Below are positions 52,409-62,382 of a stretch of DNA of 64,000 nucleotides, one piece after another. Each line of letters opens with the position of its first letter. The stretch's first letter is position 1. The position numbers and the translations under genes are program-made. The stretch is taken from assembly GCA_050250045.1 (NCBI GenBank), contig JBFWPK010000014.1, forward strand, positions 20,841-84,840. The letters are read 5' to 3'. The notes under the pieces are model-generated. The model saw only the letters and a program-made list of their open reading frames with translations, ran no database searches and had not been told where the DNA came from. The DNA is from Pyrinomonadaceae bacterium. Its GTDB lineage: Bacteria > Acidobacteriota > Blastocatellia > Pyrinomonadales > Pyrinomonadaceae.

Positions 52409-53185
52409 CTAACGCCGGATAAATGCGATGCTGCCGCGATGGTTGGTGATGGTAAGAGTCGAGGCACCTTCGCCGGCCCGCCCAGCGACGCGTTGGCCGT
52501 CGCTTACAAACCGCATATTAGCACCGCGAAACGGCCCGAGGTCGATATTTCGCGTAGACGGAGCGGTCGCTACAAGGCGGAAAGAGGATTCGAACGGGAT
52601 CCTTAAATTTATGTTGCCTCGCATGGACGTAAAGCGATACTGTCCGCCGGGACGCATCTCACCATCAAAAAAGATGTCGCCGATCCCGTTCTGTGCGTCA
52701 ACGGCACTTGCCGCGATATTCGTAAGTGTGATGTCACCCTCAGTCGTGACAACCGCCCGGACCAGTCCTCCCGAAATATTGGTAACACTCAGGTTCCCGA
52801 TGCGGGTTTCAATATCGACCACGCACGACCTGGGGACACGGATCAGAAAGTTTACATTGCCTACGTTGCGGCCCTGGTTCTCTTTTACAAGGTCCAGGAT
52901 GATGGTCCCGCTCATGCTGTGCGGCGCAAGGGTCGCGGATGGAGCTTCAAGGTACGCGGAGATACTTATTTCCTGCCGGTCCCAGCCTTGAACTTCGACA
53001 GTGCCCGAACGGTTTAGGAGCTGAAGACGGACATTCCTGGTTGCCGGATACGTGCGGGAGAAGCGCTTTTGGCCAAAGGCAAACTCCGCCCCGACGCCAA
53101 AGAAAAGAACTACGTTCATCAATATCAGAATCGTAGTTCTTCGGGCGTTGAGATTGCGCGAAAAGTTAAAACGACTATGGGCCAT
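52409..53185 (-). CDS. DUF4097-domain membrane-anchored protein
   Basis: 258 aa. N-terminal TM. Repeats GNLSVTNISGGLVRAVVTTEGDITLTNI. Confidence 0.7.
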   Translation of the reverse strand: MAHSRFNFSRNLNARRTTILILMNVVLFFGVGAEFAFGQKRFSRTYPATRNVRLQLLNRSGTVEVQGWDRQEISISAYLEAPSATLAPHSMSGTIILDLVKENQGRNVGNVNFLIRVPRSCVVDIETRIGNLSVTNISGGLVRAVVTTEGDITLTNIAASAVDAQNGIGDIFFDGEMRPGGQYRFTSMRGNINLRIPFESSFRLVATAPSTRNIDLGPFRGANMRFVSDGQRVAGRAGEGASTLTITNHRGSIAFIRR

Positions 53186-53200
53186 CAGAAAAATCAGCCA

Positions 53201-53965
53201 TTACAATTCGGAAAACGCGCGAAGAAGGTTCATTTTTTCATCCAACGCAGAATCAAGCATCTCGCTCGAAAGATCATCCTGCGGGTCCTTCTCAAGAATA
53301 ACGGTGTATTCCGTGACCGCCCTATCGATCTCGATCAGGTTGCGGTCAAACGCGTCACGCATTTTCGAGTCCCACTGAGATCGGCGCTCCTGTACACGTT
53401 TATTCCAGTATGCAATGGCAGCCCGCTGTTCCTCAAAACGCTTCAATTTCGCTTCCTGCGGCGATTCGATCAGCCCGGCCTTCGTAAGTACCTTCTCAAA
53501 GGTTGTTTGGGTCTCGGCGGACCGGCTGGTGTGATCTTCGCCCGACGGCTCGAAGTAATTCCTTACGCCGACGATGGTCAGAAGGGAACTGATCAACGCG
53601 ATGCCAACTACCGCCGACGCCATCTGCGAAAAAGTGAACCCGCGGTTGAACCAGCCCTTTCGTTTTTCCTCGACAACGGGTTCGGGCTTGCTCTCGGCTT
53701 CGATAATATTGTTGATGCGGCACCACATTGCCTGCGAATTCGGCGGAATCGGGTCGGCGGCAAGATCAGGGTCGCAGGAATCCAGGATCAACGCAAAGTC
53801 TTCGCAAACCTTCGAACAGTCGACACAGAACGACAAGTGTGTCTGGACCGCCAGGGACCTTTCGTCCTCCAGCTCATTGTCCAGAAACGGGCTAATATTC
53901 TCTTGACATTCCTCGCAGGTCATTTTCACATGCTTCGCCTTACCAAACGAAGGAAATAGCTTCAT
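53201..53965 (-). CDS. anti-sigma factor (zf-HC2) with TM segment
   Basis: CEECQENISPFLDNELEDERSLAVQTHLSFCVDC. Central TM (VVGIALISSLLTIVGV). Confidence 0.75.
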   Translation of the reverse strand: MKLFPSFGKAKHVKMTCEECQENISPFLDNELEDERSLAVQTHLSFCVDCSKVCEDFALILDSCDPDLAADPIPPNSQAMWCRINNIIEAESKPEPVVEEKRKGWFNRGFTFSQMASAVVGIALISSLLTIVGVRNYFEPSGEDHTSRSAETQTTFEKVLTKAGLIESPQEAKLKRFEEQRAAIAYWNKRVQERRSQWDSKMRDAFDRNLIEIDRAVTEYTVILEKDPQDDLSSEMLDSALDEKMNLLRAFSEL

Positions 53966-54017
53966 TTAGTATATGATCAAACTAGATAGATTAAGCGATA
54001 ACGGCGATGGTTGCCTA

Positions 54018-54692
54018 TCAAGCAGAAGATTTTTGCTCACTTTCCCTGATAAGCAAACCACGAAGCTTGAGGCGGGCCTTGTGCAGCTGCGATTTTGAAG
54101 TGCCCACCGAAATTTTCAGCATTCTGGCGACCTCTTCATGCTCGTAACCTTCAACGTCGTGAAGTACGAAGACGTTTCTGTACCCGTTCGGGAGCTCGGA
54201 AATGGCATTTTTCAACGCAATTCGGTCAACCACCTGCATTTTCCGTGGATTCGCTGAACCTGTGACCATCTGCTCAGGCAGCTCGCCGTCATCGGAAGTT
54301 TTCTCGTTCTTCACGCTGCGGCGGCGAAAGTGCATCAATACCTGATTTACCGTCAGGCGGTGGAGCCACGTCGAAAATGCCGAATCACCGCGGAAACTGC
54401 CAACTTTGCGGAACAACTGGATAAAAACTTCCTGGGTCAGATCTTCAGCCTCGGTTTGGCTGTTGGTCATGCGGAGCGTCAGGCTGTATGTGCGGCGATG
54501 ATAGCGCTGGTAAATTATCTCAAAGGCCGGTATGTTCCCGTTCGCGGCAAGCCGGCACAATTCAAGATCGGGTGTGCTCGCGTCAAACGCGGCAACCTCG
54601 GTCGTGGATGAACGCGGAACAAACGACAGTTCAACGTTGTTCTCATAACCAAAGGGAAGATCCTGCTCGACCGCCGCAGAGGTTGAATCCAT
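54018..54692 (-). CDS. ECF-type RNA polymerase sigma-70 factor
   Basis: 224 aa. Region 2 ([36 protein letters not shown]) and region 4 ([34 protein letters not shown]). Confidence 0.9.
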   Translation of the reverse strand: MDSTSAAVEQDLPFGYENNVELSFVPRSSTTEVAAFDASTPDLELCRLAANGNIPAFEIIYQRYHRRTYSLTLRMTNSQTEAEDLTQEVFIQLFRKVGSFRGDSAFSTWLHRLTVNQVLMHFRRRSVKNEKTSDDGELPEQMVTGSANPRKMQVVDRIALKNAISELPNGYRNVFVLHDVEGYEHEEVARMLKISVGTSKSQLHKARLKLRGLLIRESEQKSSA

Positions 54693-54998
54693 GCTAACTC
54701 CTCGAAAATTGCCGGAATTTAGGAAATCGTCGCTTGCTATGATGCGTTACCTCCAGGAACTGGTTGCTTCGGCCGGATGCGAATGTGTCCTTACATGGCG
54801 CGGTCCGATAGACTTCCGATTCTATGACGAAAGGCGGAAAAGGTAAAGCAAATTCTTGAGCCAGTTGAACTTTTGTCCAACCGGCACAATGAGAAACTTT
54901 GCTGTTATCACGTCCCGCGAACGCCGCTTTTAGCTTTTTGGGGGAATTGGGCTAAACTGCAAAAGAATTTCGGACGCCCGGATAAAACCAGAGAACCT

Positions 54999-56567
54999 AT
55001 GCTCTTCCTCACGCAGTCGGCCGCCGTCTACGGGATCGACGCCCTGATCGTCGACATCGAGGTAAACCTTCAGCCGGTAGCCGGTGAGGCTGATATTGCT
55101 CCTCCTTTTATAATTGTGGGCCTTCCCGACACGGCGATCCGCGAGTCGCGCGAGCGCATCCGGGCGGCTATCAAGAATAGCGGTTTCTTTTTCCCGTTTC
55201 ACAAGACCACGGTAAACCTGGCACCCGCGGATGTGAGGAAAGAGGGGGCGAGTTTCGACCTGCCCGTAGCCCTGGGGATATTGGGTGCCAATGGGGATTT
55301 CGGAAGTGCCGAAAACGCAGGAAATACGCTCAGCATTGGCGAGCTTTCCCTTGACGGCCGCGTAAGGCCCGTTCGCGGAGCTCTTTCGATAGCTCTGGCG
55401 GCGCGGGAGAATGGCATCCAGAATCTGCTCGTCCCCGAAGAAAACGCGACCGAGGCCGCGGTTGTCCAGGAACTGAGCGTTTATCCCGTCCGCGATCTTC
55501 GCGAAGCGGTCCAATTGGTGACAGATCTCTCGGCGGCCCAACCGACGCTGATCCCTCCATTAAAGCTCGATTTGACCGAGTTCAAATCCGCCGTCCAGAG
55601 ATATGGCGTTGATTATTCGGACGTGCGCGGTCAGCAGACAGCAAAACGCGCTCTCGAAGTGGCGAGCGCGGGCGGGCACAACATTTTATTTATCGGGCCG
55701 CCCGGTTCCGGCAAGACGATGCTTGCCAAGCGGCTTGCGACGATCCTGCCGCCGTTGGAATTTGAGGAAGCGCTGGAAATAACAAAGATCCATTCGGTTG
55801 CCGGCCTGACCGGCAGATCGGGATTGATCCGCGAGAGGCCTTTCAAATCGCCGCACCACACCGTATCTCACGCCGGGCTGATCGGCGGAGGCTCGATCCC
55901 GCGTCCGGGCGAGGTTTCGCTGGCACATTTGGGCGTTCTGTTCCTCGACGAACTCCCTGAGTTTGACCGGAGCGTGCTCGAGGTCCTGCGCCAGCCGATG
56001 GAAGACAAGCAGGTAACGATCTCAAGGGCCGCAAGCTCGCTGACCTTTCCGGCAAACTTCACTTTGGTTGCGTCGATGAATCCGTGCCCGTGCGGCTACT
56101 TTGGATCGGGCCGCGAGTGCAAATGCTCGCCTATGCAGATCCAGCGATACGTTGGAAAGATCTCGGGCCCGCTGATGGACAGGATCGACATTCACATCGA
56201 CGTTCCGGCGGTAAAGTTCAAGGAACTTCGCGGCAAGAATACGGAAACTCCCGAAACCTCGGGCGAGGTCCGAAAACGCGTGATCGCCGCGCGCGAAATG
56301 CAGATAAACCGCCTGGGACGCGACGGCGTTTATTCAAACTCGGCGATGTCGTCGAAGCAGATCAGGGAATTTTGCGTGCTCGATGCCGAGTGCGAAACGC
56401 TCCTCGAACGGGCCATGCATCGCCAGGGACTCTCAGCAAGAGCTCACGACCGGATCTTGAAAGTTTCCCGGACAATTGCCGATCTTTCCAACTCTGAAAA
56501 GATCGCCGCGGCACACATTAGCGAAGCGATAAATTACCGCTCGCTTGATAGAAATTACTGGGCGTGA
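54999..56567 (+). CDS. comM: YifB/ComM-family Mg-chelatase-like AAA+ ATPase
   Basis: ATG at 54999. Lon-like N-domain, Walker [10 protein letters not shown], and [10 protein letters not shown]. Confidence 0.92.
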   Translation: MLFLTQSAAVYGIDALIVDIEVNLQPVAGEADIAPPFIIVGLPDTAIRESRERIRAAIKNSGFFFPFHKTTVNLAPADVRKEGASFDLPVALGILGANGDFGSAENAGNTLSIGELSLDGRVRPVRGALSIALAARENGIQNLLVPEENATEAAVVQELSVYPVRDLREAVQLVTDLSAAQPTLIPPLKLDLTEFKSAVQRYGVDYSDVRGQQTAKRALEVASAGGHNILFIGPPGSGKTMLAKRLATILPPLEFEEALEITKIHSVAGLTGRSGLIRERPFKSPHHTVSHAGLIGGGSIPRPGEVSLAHLGVLFLDELPEFDRSVLEVLRQPMEDKQVTISRAASSLTFPANFTLVASMNPCPCGYFGSGRECKCSPMQIQRYVGKISGPLMDRIDIHIDVPAVKFKELRGKNTETPETSGEVRKRVIAAREMQINRLGRDGVYSNSAMSSKQIREFCVLDAECETLLERAMHRQGLSARAHDRILKVSRTIADLSNSEKIAAAHISEAINYRSLDRNYWA

Positions 56568-56611
56568 ACCGAAACTCTCACTGTGCGGTCCGCGGACGAG
56601 TTTCCCGGTCC

Positions 56612-57397
56612 TTATTTTCGTTTCGACTTTTGTTTCAACGCCGCGCGGATAGCGGCCTCGGCCAGCGGGGCCATCACCTCGTAGCCCGCTGCGTTCGGGT
56701 GGAGCCCGTCGTACGCAAGATCGGGCTTTAGAAATCCGTCGGCGTCCACGCTCGGCGTAAAATAGTCCAGATAGACGAGATCCATTTCCTCGCAGTACTT
56801 CCGCAGCCATTCATTCAGCTCACGGATCTTCTCGGGCGGCCGCCGGACGGTTTGGACGATCTTGCCGCCATCGCGGTTCGTGTTGTAGTCGCTGACAGGG
56901 AGCACCGAGGCAAGCACGGCCCTGATCCCATTCGCGCGGGCGAGCTCGGCCATTGATTCGATGTTGTCGGCGATCGCCTGAACGCTGATCGGCCCCGTAT
57001 TGCCGGCGATATCATTTGTCCCGGCAAGAATGACGACCACCTTTGGTTTCAACGCGATCACGTCGGGCCGAAATCTGATCAACATTTGCGATGTCGTTTG
57101 CCCGCTGATCCCGCGATTGACGTAGGGTTTGCCGGGAAAATATTCGGCAAGTTTCCAACTGTCCGTGATCGAATCGCCGAGAAACACAACGCGGTCCTCG
57201 CCTTTTTTAGGCGGCGGAAGCTCGGCGTTGGCCTCGCGGTAGCGGGCATAGTTCGCGTAGTTAAAATAACGCTGCTGAAACATATCGGCACGCTTCTTTT
57301 CGGCCTCGGCATTCAGCGGCGAGGGTGACGGCGTTTGTCCGAGCAGGGTAATGCTCGACAGAAGTATGGCCAGGATCGGTATAGCGATGGTTTTCAT
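56612..57397 (-). CDS. SGNH/GDSL hydrolase, secreted
   Basis: MKTIAIPILAILLSS signal. FLGDSITD block I, GTND, and DGLHPN block V. Confidence 0.85.
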   Translation of the reverse strand: MKTIAIPILAILLSSITLLGQTPSPSPLNAEAEKKRADMFQQRYFNYANYARYREANAELPPPKKGEDRVVFLGDSITDSWKLAEYFPGKPYVNRGISGQTTSQMLIRFRPDVIALKPKVVVILAGTNDIAGNTGPISVQAIADNIESMAELARANGIRAVLASVLPVSDYNTNRDGGKIVQTVRRPPEKIRELNEWLRKYCEEMDLVYLDYFTPSVDADGFLKPDLAYDGLHPNAAGYEVMAPLAEAAIRAALKQKSKRK

Positions 57398-57594
57398 GAG
57401 CAACAGGCCTTCCTGAGAATCTGCTTTCGGCGGTTTGATTATACGCGAGACCGGCGGGAAAGAAAGCGGCGGCTCGCGACAACTTTTGCCACCCGCGGCG
57501 GCTTGCCATAGAATGGTGATGGCACTCAAAAAAATGCGGGCCGCGTTCAAACCGCGTGTGCCGGCATTGTCCGCCTGGCCGCGAGACTTCTCAA

Positions 57595-59004
57595 ATGCTT
57601 ACAAAAAACTCCTACCTCGAATATTTGCGCTGTCCGCAAGAGTTTTGGCTCAATTTTCATCACCCTGCGGAAACTGAAAAGGAACTGACGCTTGAGCAGG
57701 AAGATCGCCGCCAGGCCGGATTTGAAGTCTTGCAGCTTGCGAAAAAGATGTCGATCTTCAGCGGATCGAACGGCCTTGTCGAATTTCACCGCATCTTCGC
57801 GACCGAGCACATCAAAACCAGCACCGACATCACCGTAACCGATCGCGCGACCCGCGACCTTTCTATCTATGAGGTGAAGTCCGGTGCGAGCGTTAAGGAC
57901 GAGCACGTTGACGATGTCGCTTTCCAGAAAATGGCGGCTGAAATGCTCGGGCACACGGTCGCAAAAACTTATGTGATCACGGTGGACACCGCCTACACCA
58001 GAAACGGCGAGATCGATCCTGACAGGCTGTTAAAAATCCACGACGTCACCAGCGAGGTTGCGGCAAAGCACGACGAGACGATCAAAAACACAAAAGCGGC
58101 GATCGATCATCTAAAAACTCAGCCCGGGCCCGAGCTAAAACTCCATTGCGCGGAGAAACTCGATTGCGGATTTATCCGATATCATTTTGCCGATATTCCG
58201 GTTTATAACGTAACGCACATTGCGCGCCTAAAGCATGAAAAATGCGCCGACTTGATCGGCCGCGGCATTCTTGACATCCGCGACGTTCCCGCGGATTTTC
58301 CGCTGACCGGCAACCAGCGAAAACAGGTCGAGGCGGCACGAGCGGCCGAGCCCGCAATTGACCGCGCGGGCATCCGAAGTGAATTGGACAGCCTGACATA
58401 TCCGCTCCATTTTCTCGATTACGAAAGTTTCATGCACGCCGTGCCCAAATTCGACGGCACGCGGCCGTATCAGCAGATGGTGTTCCAATATTCGCTCCAC
58501 ACCATCGAACAGCCGGGTGCGGAGCCTGTGCACAGCTTTCACCTTTCAAGAAACGACGGCGCATTCCCGCCGCGCGAGATCGCCGAAAGCCTGCACCAAC
58601 GCCTCGCCGGCCAGCTCGGCACGGTCGTCGTCTGGAACGCATCTTTCGAAAGAAAACGGAACGAGGAAATGGCCGTAATGTTCCCCGATCTCGCCGATCT
58701 GTTCCTGGAGATGAACGACAACCTCTTCGATCTGGAAACGATCTTTTCAAAAGGCCTCTATCTCCACGCGGGTTTCCTCGGCAAGACTTCGATAAAGAAC
58801 GTCCGGCCCGTCCTCTATCCCAAAGCCTCCTACCGCGACCTCGATATTCCCGACGGCACCACCGCCGCCATCCGCTGGTACCAAATGGCCGCCAAACACG
58901 TCAACGCCCCCGAAGCCCAAAACATCTACGACGCCCTCTGCCAATACTGCCACCTCGACACACTCGCCATGGTCGAAATATTCAACGTCCTGCGAGATCT
59001 CTGA
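57595..59004 (+). CDS. DUF2779-domain protein (PD-(D/E)XK plus exonuclease-like)
   Basis: MLTKNSYLEYLRCPQEFWL N-terminus is typical of DUF2779. IYEVKSG nuclease-like motif. C-terminal YCHLDTLAMVEIF. Confidence 0.7.
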   Translation: MLTKNSYLEYLRCPQEFWLNFHHPAETEKELTLEQEDRRQAGFEVLQLAKKMSIFSGSNGLVEFHRIFATEHIKTSTDITVTDRATRDLSIYEVKSGASVKDEHVDDVAFQKMAAEMLGHTVAKTYVITVDTAYTRNGEIDPDRLLKIHDVTSEVAAKHDETIKNTKAAIDHLKTQPGPELKLHCAEKLDCGFIRYHFADIPVYNVTHIARLKHEKCADLIGRGILDIRDVPADFPLTGNQRKQVEAARAAEPAIDRAGIRSELDSLTYPLHFLDYESFMHAVPKFDGTRPYQQMVFQYSLHTIEQPGAEPVHSFHLSRNDGAFPPREIAESLHQRLAGQLGTVVVWNASFERKRNEEMAVMFPDLADLFLEMNDNLFDLETIFSKGLYLHAGFLGKTSIKNVRPVLYPKASYRDLDIPDGTTAAIRWYQMAAKHVNAPEAQNIYDALCQYCHLDTLAMVEIFNVLRDL

Positions 59005-59008
59005 CCCT

Positions 59009-59249
59009 TGCAAAAGCCCGCTTAAGGTGCAAAAGCCCGCTTAAGGTGCAAAAGCCCGCACGAAGTAAGGGCGAAACATTCAACGCCATGCAGAAGCCCG
59101 CACAAGTAAGGGCGAAACATTCAACGCCACGCAGCGGCCCCGCACGAAGTAGGGCGAAACATTCAACGCCATGCAGAAGCCGCGCACGAAGTAAGCGGCG
59201 AAATATTCAACGTTTCGATCAAGACCTTACTACGTGCGGGCCTGAGCAT
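59009..59249. repeat. tandem array of family C half-elements closed by one inverted arm
   Basis: Two truncated units and four full units of TGCA(A/G)AAGCCCGCACGAAGTAAGGGCGAAACATTCAACGCCA (about 43-bp period), then ..CCTTACTACGTGCGGGCCTGAGCA. Confidence 0.85.
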
Positions 59250-59324
59250 CCCGTCTTCACGGGCCTCCGCAAGTCCCGCGCCCGCGACTCCCGAAGCTCA
59301 AAATCCCACCCCAAGCCTTCCCAG

Positions 59325-59555
59325 AACCATTCTCAGTTAACTAAAACTCATTCCCACAATTGTGAAACTCTTCTGAGAACTCAAAAAGTCACCCTCACAA
59401 CTCCAAAACCCGCTCTCACAATTGTGAAAGCCATTCTCAGTCAACCAAAAGTCGTTCTCAGTTAACCAAAAGCCATTCTCACAATTGTCAGAATCATTTT
59501 CAGTTAACCAAGAGTCATTCCTAGAACTTCAAAAGTCCTTCTCACAGGTCAAAAC
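59325..59555. repeat. tandem array, 11 units of exactly 21 bp (AT-rich; TTCTCA core)
   Basis: Example units are GCCATTCTCAGTCAACCAAAA and CCCGCTCTCACAATTGTGAAA. Units alternate between palindromes TCACAATTGTGA and AGTTAACT. Confidence 0.88.
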
Positions 59556-59598
59556 TCGGCACTTTTGTCCAAACACCCCGCTTCTTGCCGTTCGCCAC

Positions 59599-62319
59599 CT
59601 ACTTGAATTCACGAAAGGATTCGAGAATGGCCCCGAAAGTACTTGGGTTGTGTTTTTCAAAGCCTTCTTGATCGATGTATACAAAGTCGTAACTCGTCTC
59701 CGACCGGGCCGCGTTGACATCAGAGCACCACTGCTTCAAGCGGGCCATTTTCTGGGGTAGATCGATCTCTTCGCGGCCCTTTGTCTCTACGATCACGATC
59801 AGGTCGCAGCGGACCTTTACAAGAAAATCAGGATAATAGTTCGAGATATCGCCGTCGGCCTTCACGTAATCCAGTTTGAAATTCACCGCAAAGTAGTTTT
59901 TTGCAAAAGATATTATGTCGTCGCAGCCTTCGAGAAATGTCGCGAATCCAAGCTCGAATCCTTGATCACCAATGATCCGATTAAAAACGCTTTTCTTCGG
60001 GACAAGATACGGCTGGCTTTTTGCGACGAACGGCCTTACATTCCTTAGTTTAATCGAGTCCCGTATCTCAGCCTCGCCTTTGTCTCTGACGGTAAGTTCG
60101 TTGATCCCTTTCTTGAATGCATCCAATGTCGTCTTTGTTGCGGGCATCTCCGAAAGATTGCGCAGTGTGTTCGGATGCTCCAGATCGACGGTTTTTCCGA
60201 AAAGCTGTTCTCCGACAAATGCCTTTACTTTCGGGTACAACGCGTCATATCCACTTACGAGTTTAAGATCTTTCATAACCGTATGTGCAAGGTAGCCGAT
60301 GACACTGCGATAGTCCGCGATCCCGGCTGTGTCGAGCACGACCGTGTGATTGACTTCGCCGGTTGTCATCTTTTTGAAAACGATCTCTCGCTGTTCTTCT
60401 TCTGAGAACTCGTGATATTGAACGATCTCATGGCCTAACCTTGAAACATCGAGTTCCGACAGGTTTTTGTATTCACGATAAACGCGCGGTGAGAGCACAG
60501 GAATTTCGATATCCAATTCGTCGAGGTCCTTTTTCTCGTTTTCCCGGTCAACCTCGACGACTATCGGCTTTCCGCCCTCGCCTCCTTCGCCCATCGGTTT
60601 CCGTTCAAATACAACACCCTCGGCCTGGATCGACTCAACAAAATCCATAAAGGCCTCAGTCCCGATAACGCTAACTTCTTCGTCCGTTTCGCCGGAGTAC
60701 ATTTTCCGAAGTCCGCGGCCAAGCGTTTGTTCGGGCAATATTTTGCTCGTCGCGGCGTATGGCCGAAGCCCGACGATCGTTGTTACGTTCTTAACGTCCC
60801 AGCCTTCTTTAAGCATCATCACCGAAACGATCGCCTTCGCCGGCGAATCCCAACCGTCAATGTTGTTTGCTTGTTCTCGGAGAAGTTTAAGTTCTTCGGC
60901 GCTTCTGCCGCTCGCGGATTCAGATATCTCGCCGTTGCTCTTGGTGTGAATAACGAACGTCGCGTCGCCCGCGAGTTCAGGGCACGTTCCGCGAAGATAT
61001 TCGGCAACGTCGTCGCAGTTCTTCGTATCGTCAGTCATTACGAAAAGTATCGCTTTTTTGCCGGCCTTTTCGTGCTCGTCATACGCTTTTTTCCACTCGA
61101 TGACGCCGAGATCGAGATAATCCGAATACTTCTCGGTATATTTTGCGGTCTGCTTTTCTTGCAGTTTCGCGCGACTCGCGGCGTCGGGCAGGACCGGATG
61201 TTTAACGACATTCTGCGAGATGGCCTCGACAAGAGGATAGTCTGAAATTGTCTGAACAAATATCGCGCCGTTATTGTGTTTGGGCGTCGCGGTCACATCG
61301 ATCTGCAGTGACAGCGCGTCGTCTTTTTGCAGCAGCTTGTTATGAATGTCCTGGATCGATTTGAACCACGCCATCCGCTCGTCGTGAATATGGTGCGCCT
61401 CATCGTTCAGCACCATCAATTCATCGATATCTCGGACGATCATCCCGAGATCGACCTTCGAATCCGTAGTTTTTCCCGTTGGACGAGGGCCGAGAAAATA
61501 GTCCATCGTGTTCTCGTCGTCAAACGACGGCGCCACGTCATCGCCGGAATAAACTCGATGAATGTTTGTCAAAAAAATATTCCCTGTCGGGCGAACGACC
61601 CTCACTTCATCCTGTACGTGAAGCGTAAGCTGAAAATCATCTCGCCAATTTTTGCCGTCATACCCATTGTTCGGCAGAACCGGATCGTGAAAAAAGATAT
61701 CGAGTCCCTTAAAGTCTTTGTAAATACGATCGAGAACGATGATGTTCGGGGCGATGACCAGAAAATTTCGTGACAGCCGCGAATCCGCCTCGTATGTCTT
61801 ATTAAAGAAACTCCACGCCAGAGCAAGGCTCAAAACCTTTGTCTTTCCCGCGCCCGTCGCCATCTTGACGACATAACGCTGCCACGTTTCGGGAAACATC
61901 TGCGCAGTCAGCGGCGCGCTTGGCGCCAACGCCATCAGATCGAATGCGCTTCTTGCCTTCAGAACTTCGTAAAGATAAACGATCGTCTCCAGAGATTCCC
62001 GCTGGGCAAAGTAATACTGAAACTCGAATGCTGGTGCATTTACCTTTTCGATCAGATGCGGTTCGTTGAACCACCAGTTCAATAAACTTCTGCTCGTGTC
62101 CGTCGCTCCCGTATATCCGCTATCGCGAAATTCTTTCACGCGTTTGCGCAATTCCGGAACGAGCGGCGGCATCAATTTCTCCATTGATGTATCGCGCAAG
62201 GTTTCGTCCGCCGGAAACCAGCGGATCGCGGGATCGAGTATCGCGTGCGGCGATTTTGGAAAATCAGGGTGTAATGCCATAGCTGGTATCGGTTCCGTCC
62301 CTGAAAGGGACATATTCAA
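59599..62319 (-). CDS. type III restriction enzyme Res subunit (SF2 helicase plus C-terminal PD-(D/E)XK)
   Basis: Walker A MATGAGKTKV, DEAH-type LNDEAHH, C-terminal YYPDFLV...IVETKG. The true start is possibly MALHPDF at 62280, because the first 13 codons lie in a REP hairpin. Confidence 0.88.
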   Translation of the reverse strand: MNMSLSGTEPIPAMALHPDFPKSPHAILDPAIRWFPADETLRDTSMEKLMPPLVPELRKRVKEFRDSGYTGATDTSRSLLNWWFNEPHLIEKVNAPAFEFQYYFAQRESLETIVYLYEVLKARSAFDLMALAPSAPLTAQMFPETWQRYVVKMATGAGKTKVLSLALAWSFFNKTYEADSRLSRNFLVIAPNIIVLDRIYKDFKGLDIFFHDPVLPNNGYDGKNWRDDFQLTLHVQDEVRVVRPTGNIFLTNIHRVYSGDDVAPSFDDENTMDYFLGPRPTGKTTDSKVDLGMIVRDIDELMVLNDEAHHIHDERMAWFKSIQDIHNKLLQKDDALSLQIDVTATPKHNNGAIFVQTISDYPLVEAISQNVVKHPVLPDAASRAKLQEKQTAKYTEKYSDYLDLGVIEWKKAYDEHEKAGKKAILFVMTDDTKNCDDVAEYLRGTCPELAGDATFVIHTKSNGEISESASGRSAEELKLLREQANNIDGWDSPAKAIVSVMMLKEGWDVKNVTTIVGLRPYAATSKILPEQTLGRGLRKMYSGETDEEVSVIGTEAFMDFVESIQAEGVVFERKPMGEGGEGGKPIVVEVDRENEKKDLDELDIEIPVLSPRVYREYKNLSELDVSRLGHEIVQYHEFSEEEQREIVFKKMTTGEVNHTVVLDTAGIADYRSVIGYLAHTVMKDLKLVSGYDALYPKVKAFVGEQLFGKTVDLEHPNTLRNLSEMPATKTTLDAFKKGINELTVRDKGEAEIRDSIKLRNVRPFVAKSQPYLVPKKSVFNRIIGDQGFELGFATFLEGCDDIISFAKNYFAVNFKLDYVKADGDISNYYPDFLVKVRCDLIVIVETKGREEIDLPQKMARLKQWCSDVNAARSETSYDFVYIDQEGFEKHNPSTFGAILESFREFK

Positions 62320-62378
62320 TAGCGTCGGGTATCACCCGACGAAAGATGTCAAAAAAGGGTTCCGTCCCTGAAAGGGAC
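62297..62378. repeat. REP-like hairpins downstream of the Y1 transposase gene
   Basis: GTCCCTGAAAGGGAC (62297-62311), GTCGGGTATCACCCGAC (62324-62340), GTCCCTGAAAGGGAC (62364-62378). Confidence 0.85.
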
Positions 62379-62382
62379 GAAC

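Noticed and set aside
54693-54998. ECF-type autoregulatory promoter upstream of the sigma gene
   Set aside because: I could not find a convincing GGAAC-N16-17-CGT-type motif on the correct strand by eye. It is left uncalled.
59046-59465. 139-aa ORF across the 59-kb repeat arrays
   Set aside because: It is a translation artefact of the family C half-repeats and the 21-bp array (KPARSKG.., heptad pattern). No independent coding signal.
59009-59555. Possible CRISPR array
   Set aside because: The repeats are contiguous tandem units with no unique spacers. The periods (about 43 bp and 21 bp) do not fit repeat-plus-spacer geometry. No cas genes are in the window. The same applies to 12906-13136 and 14837-14947.
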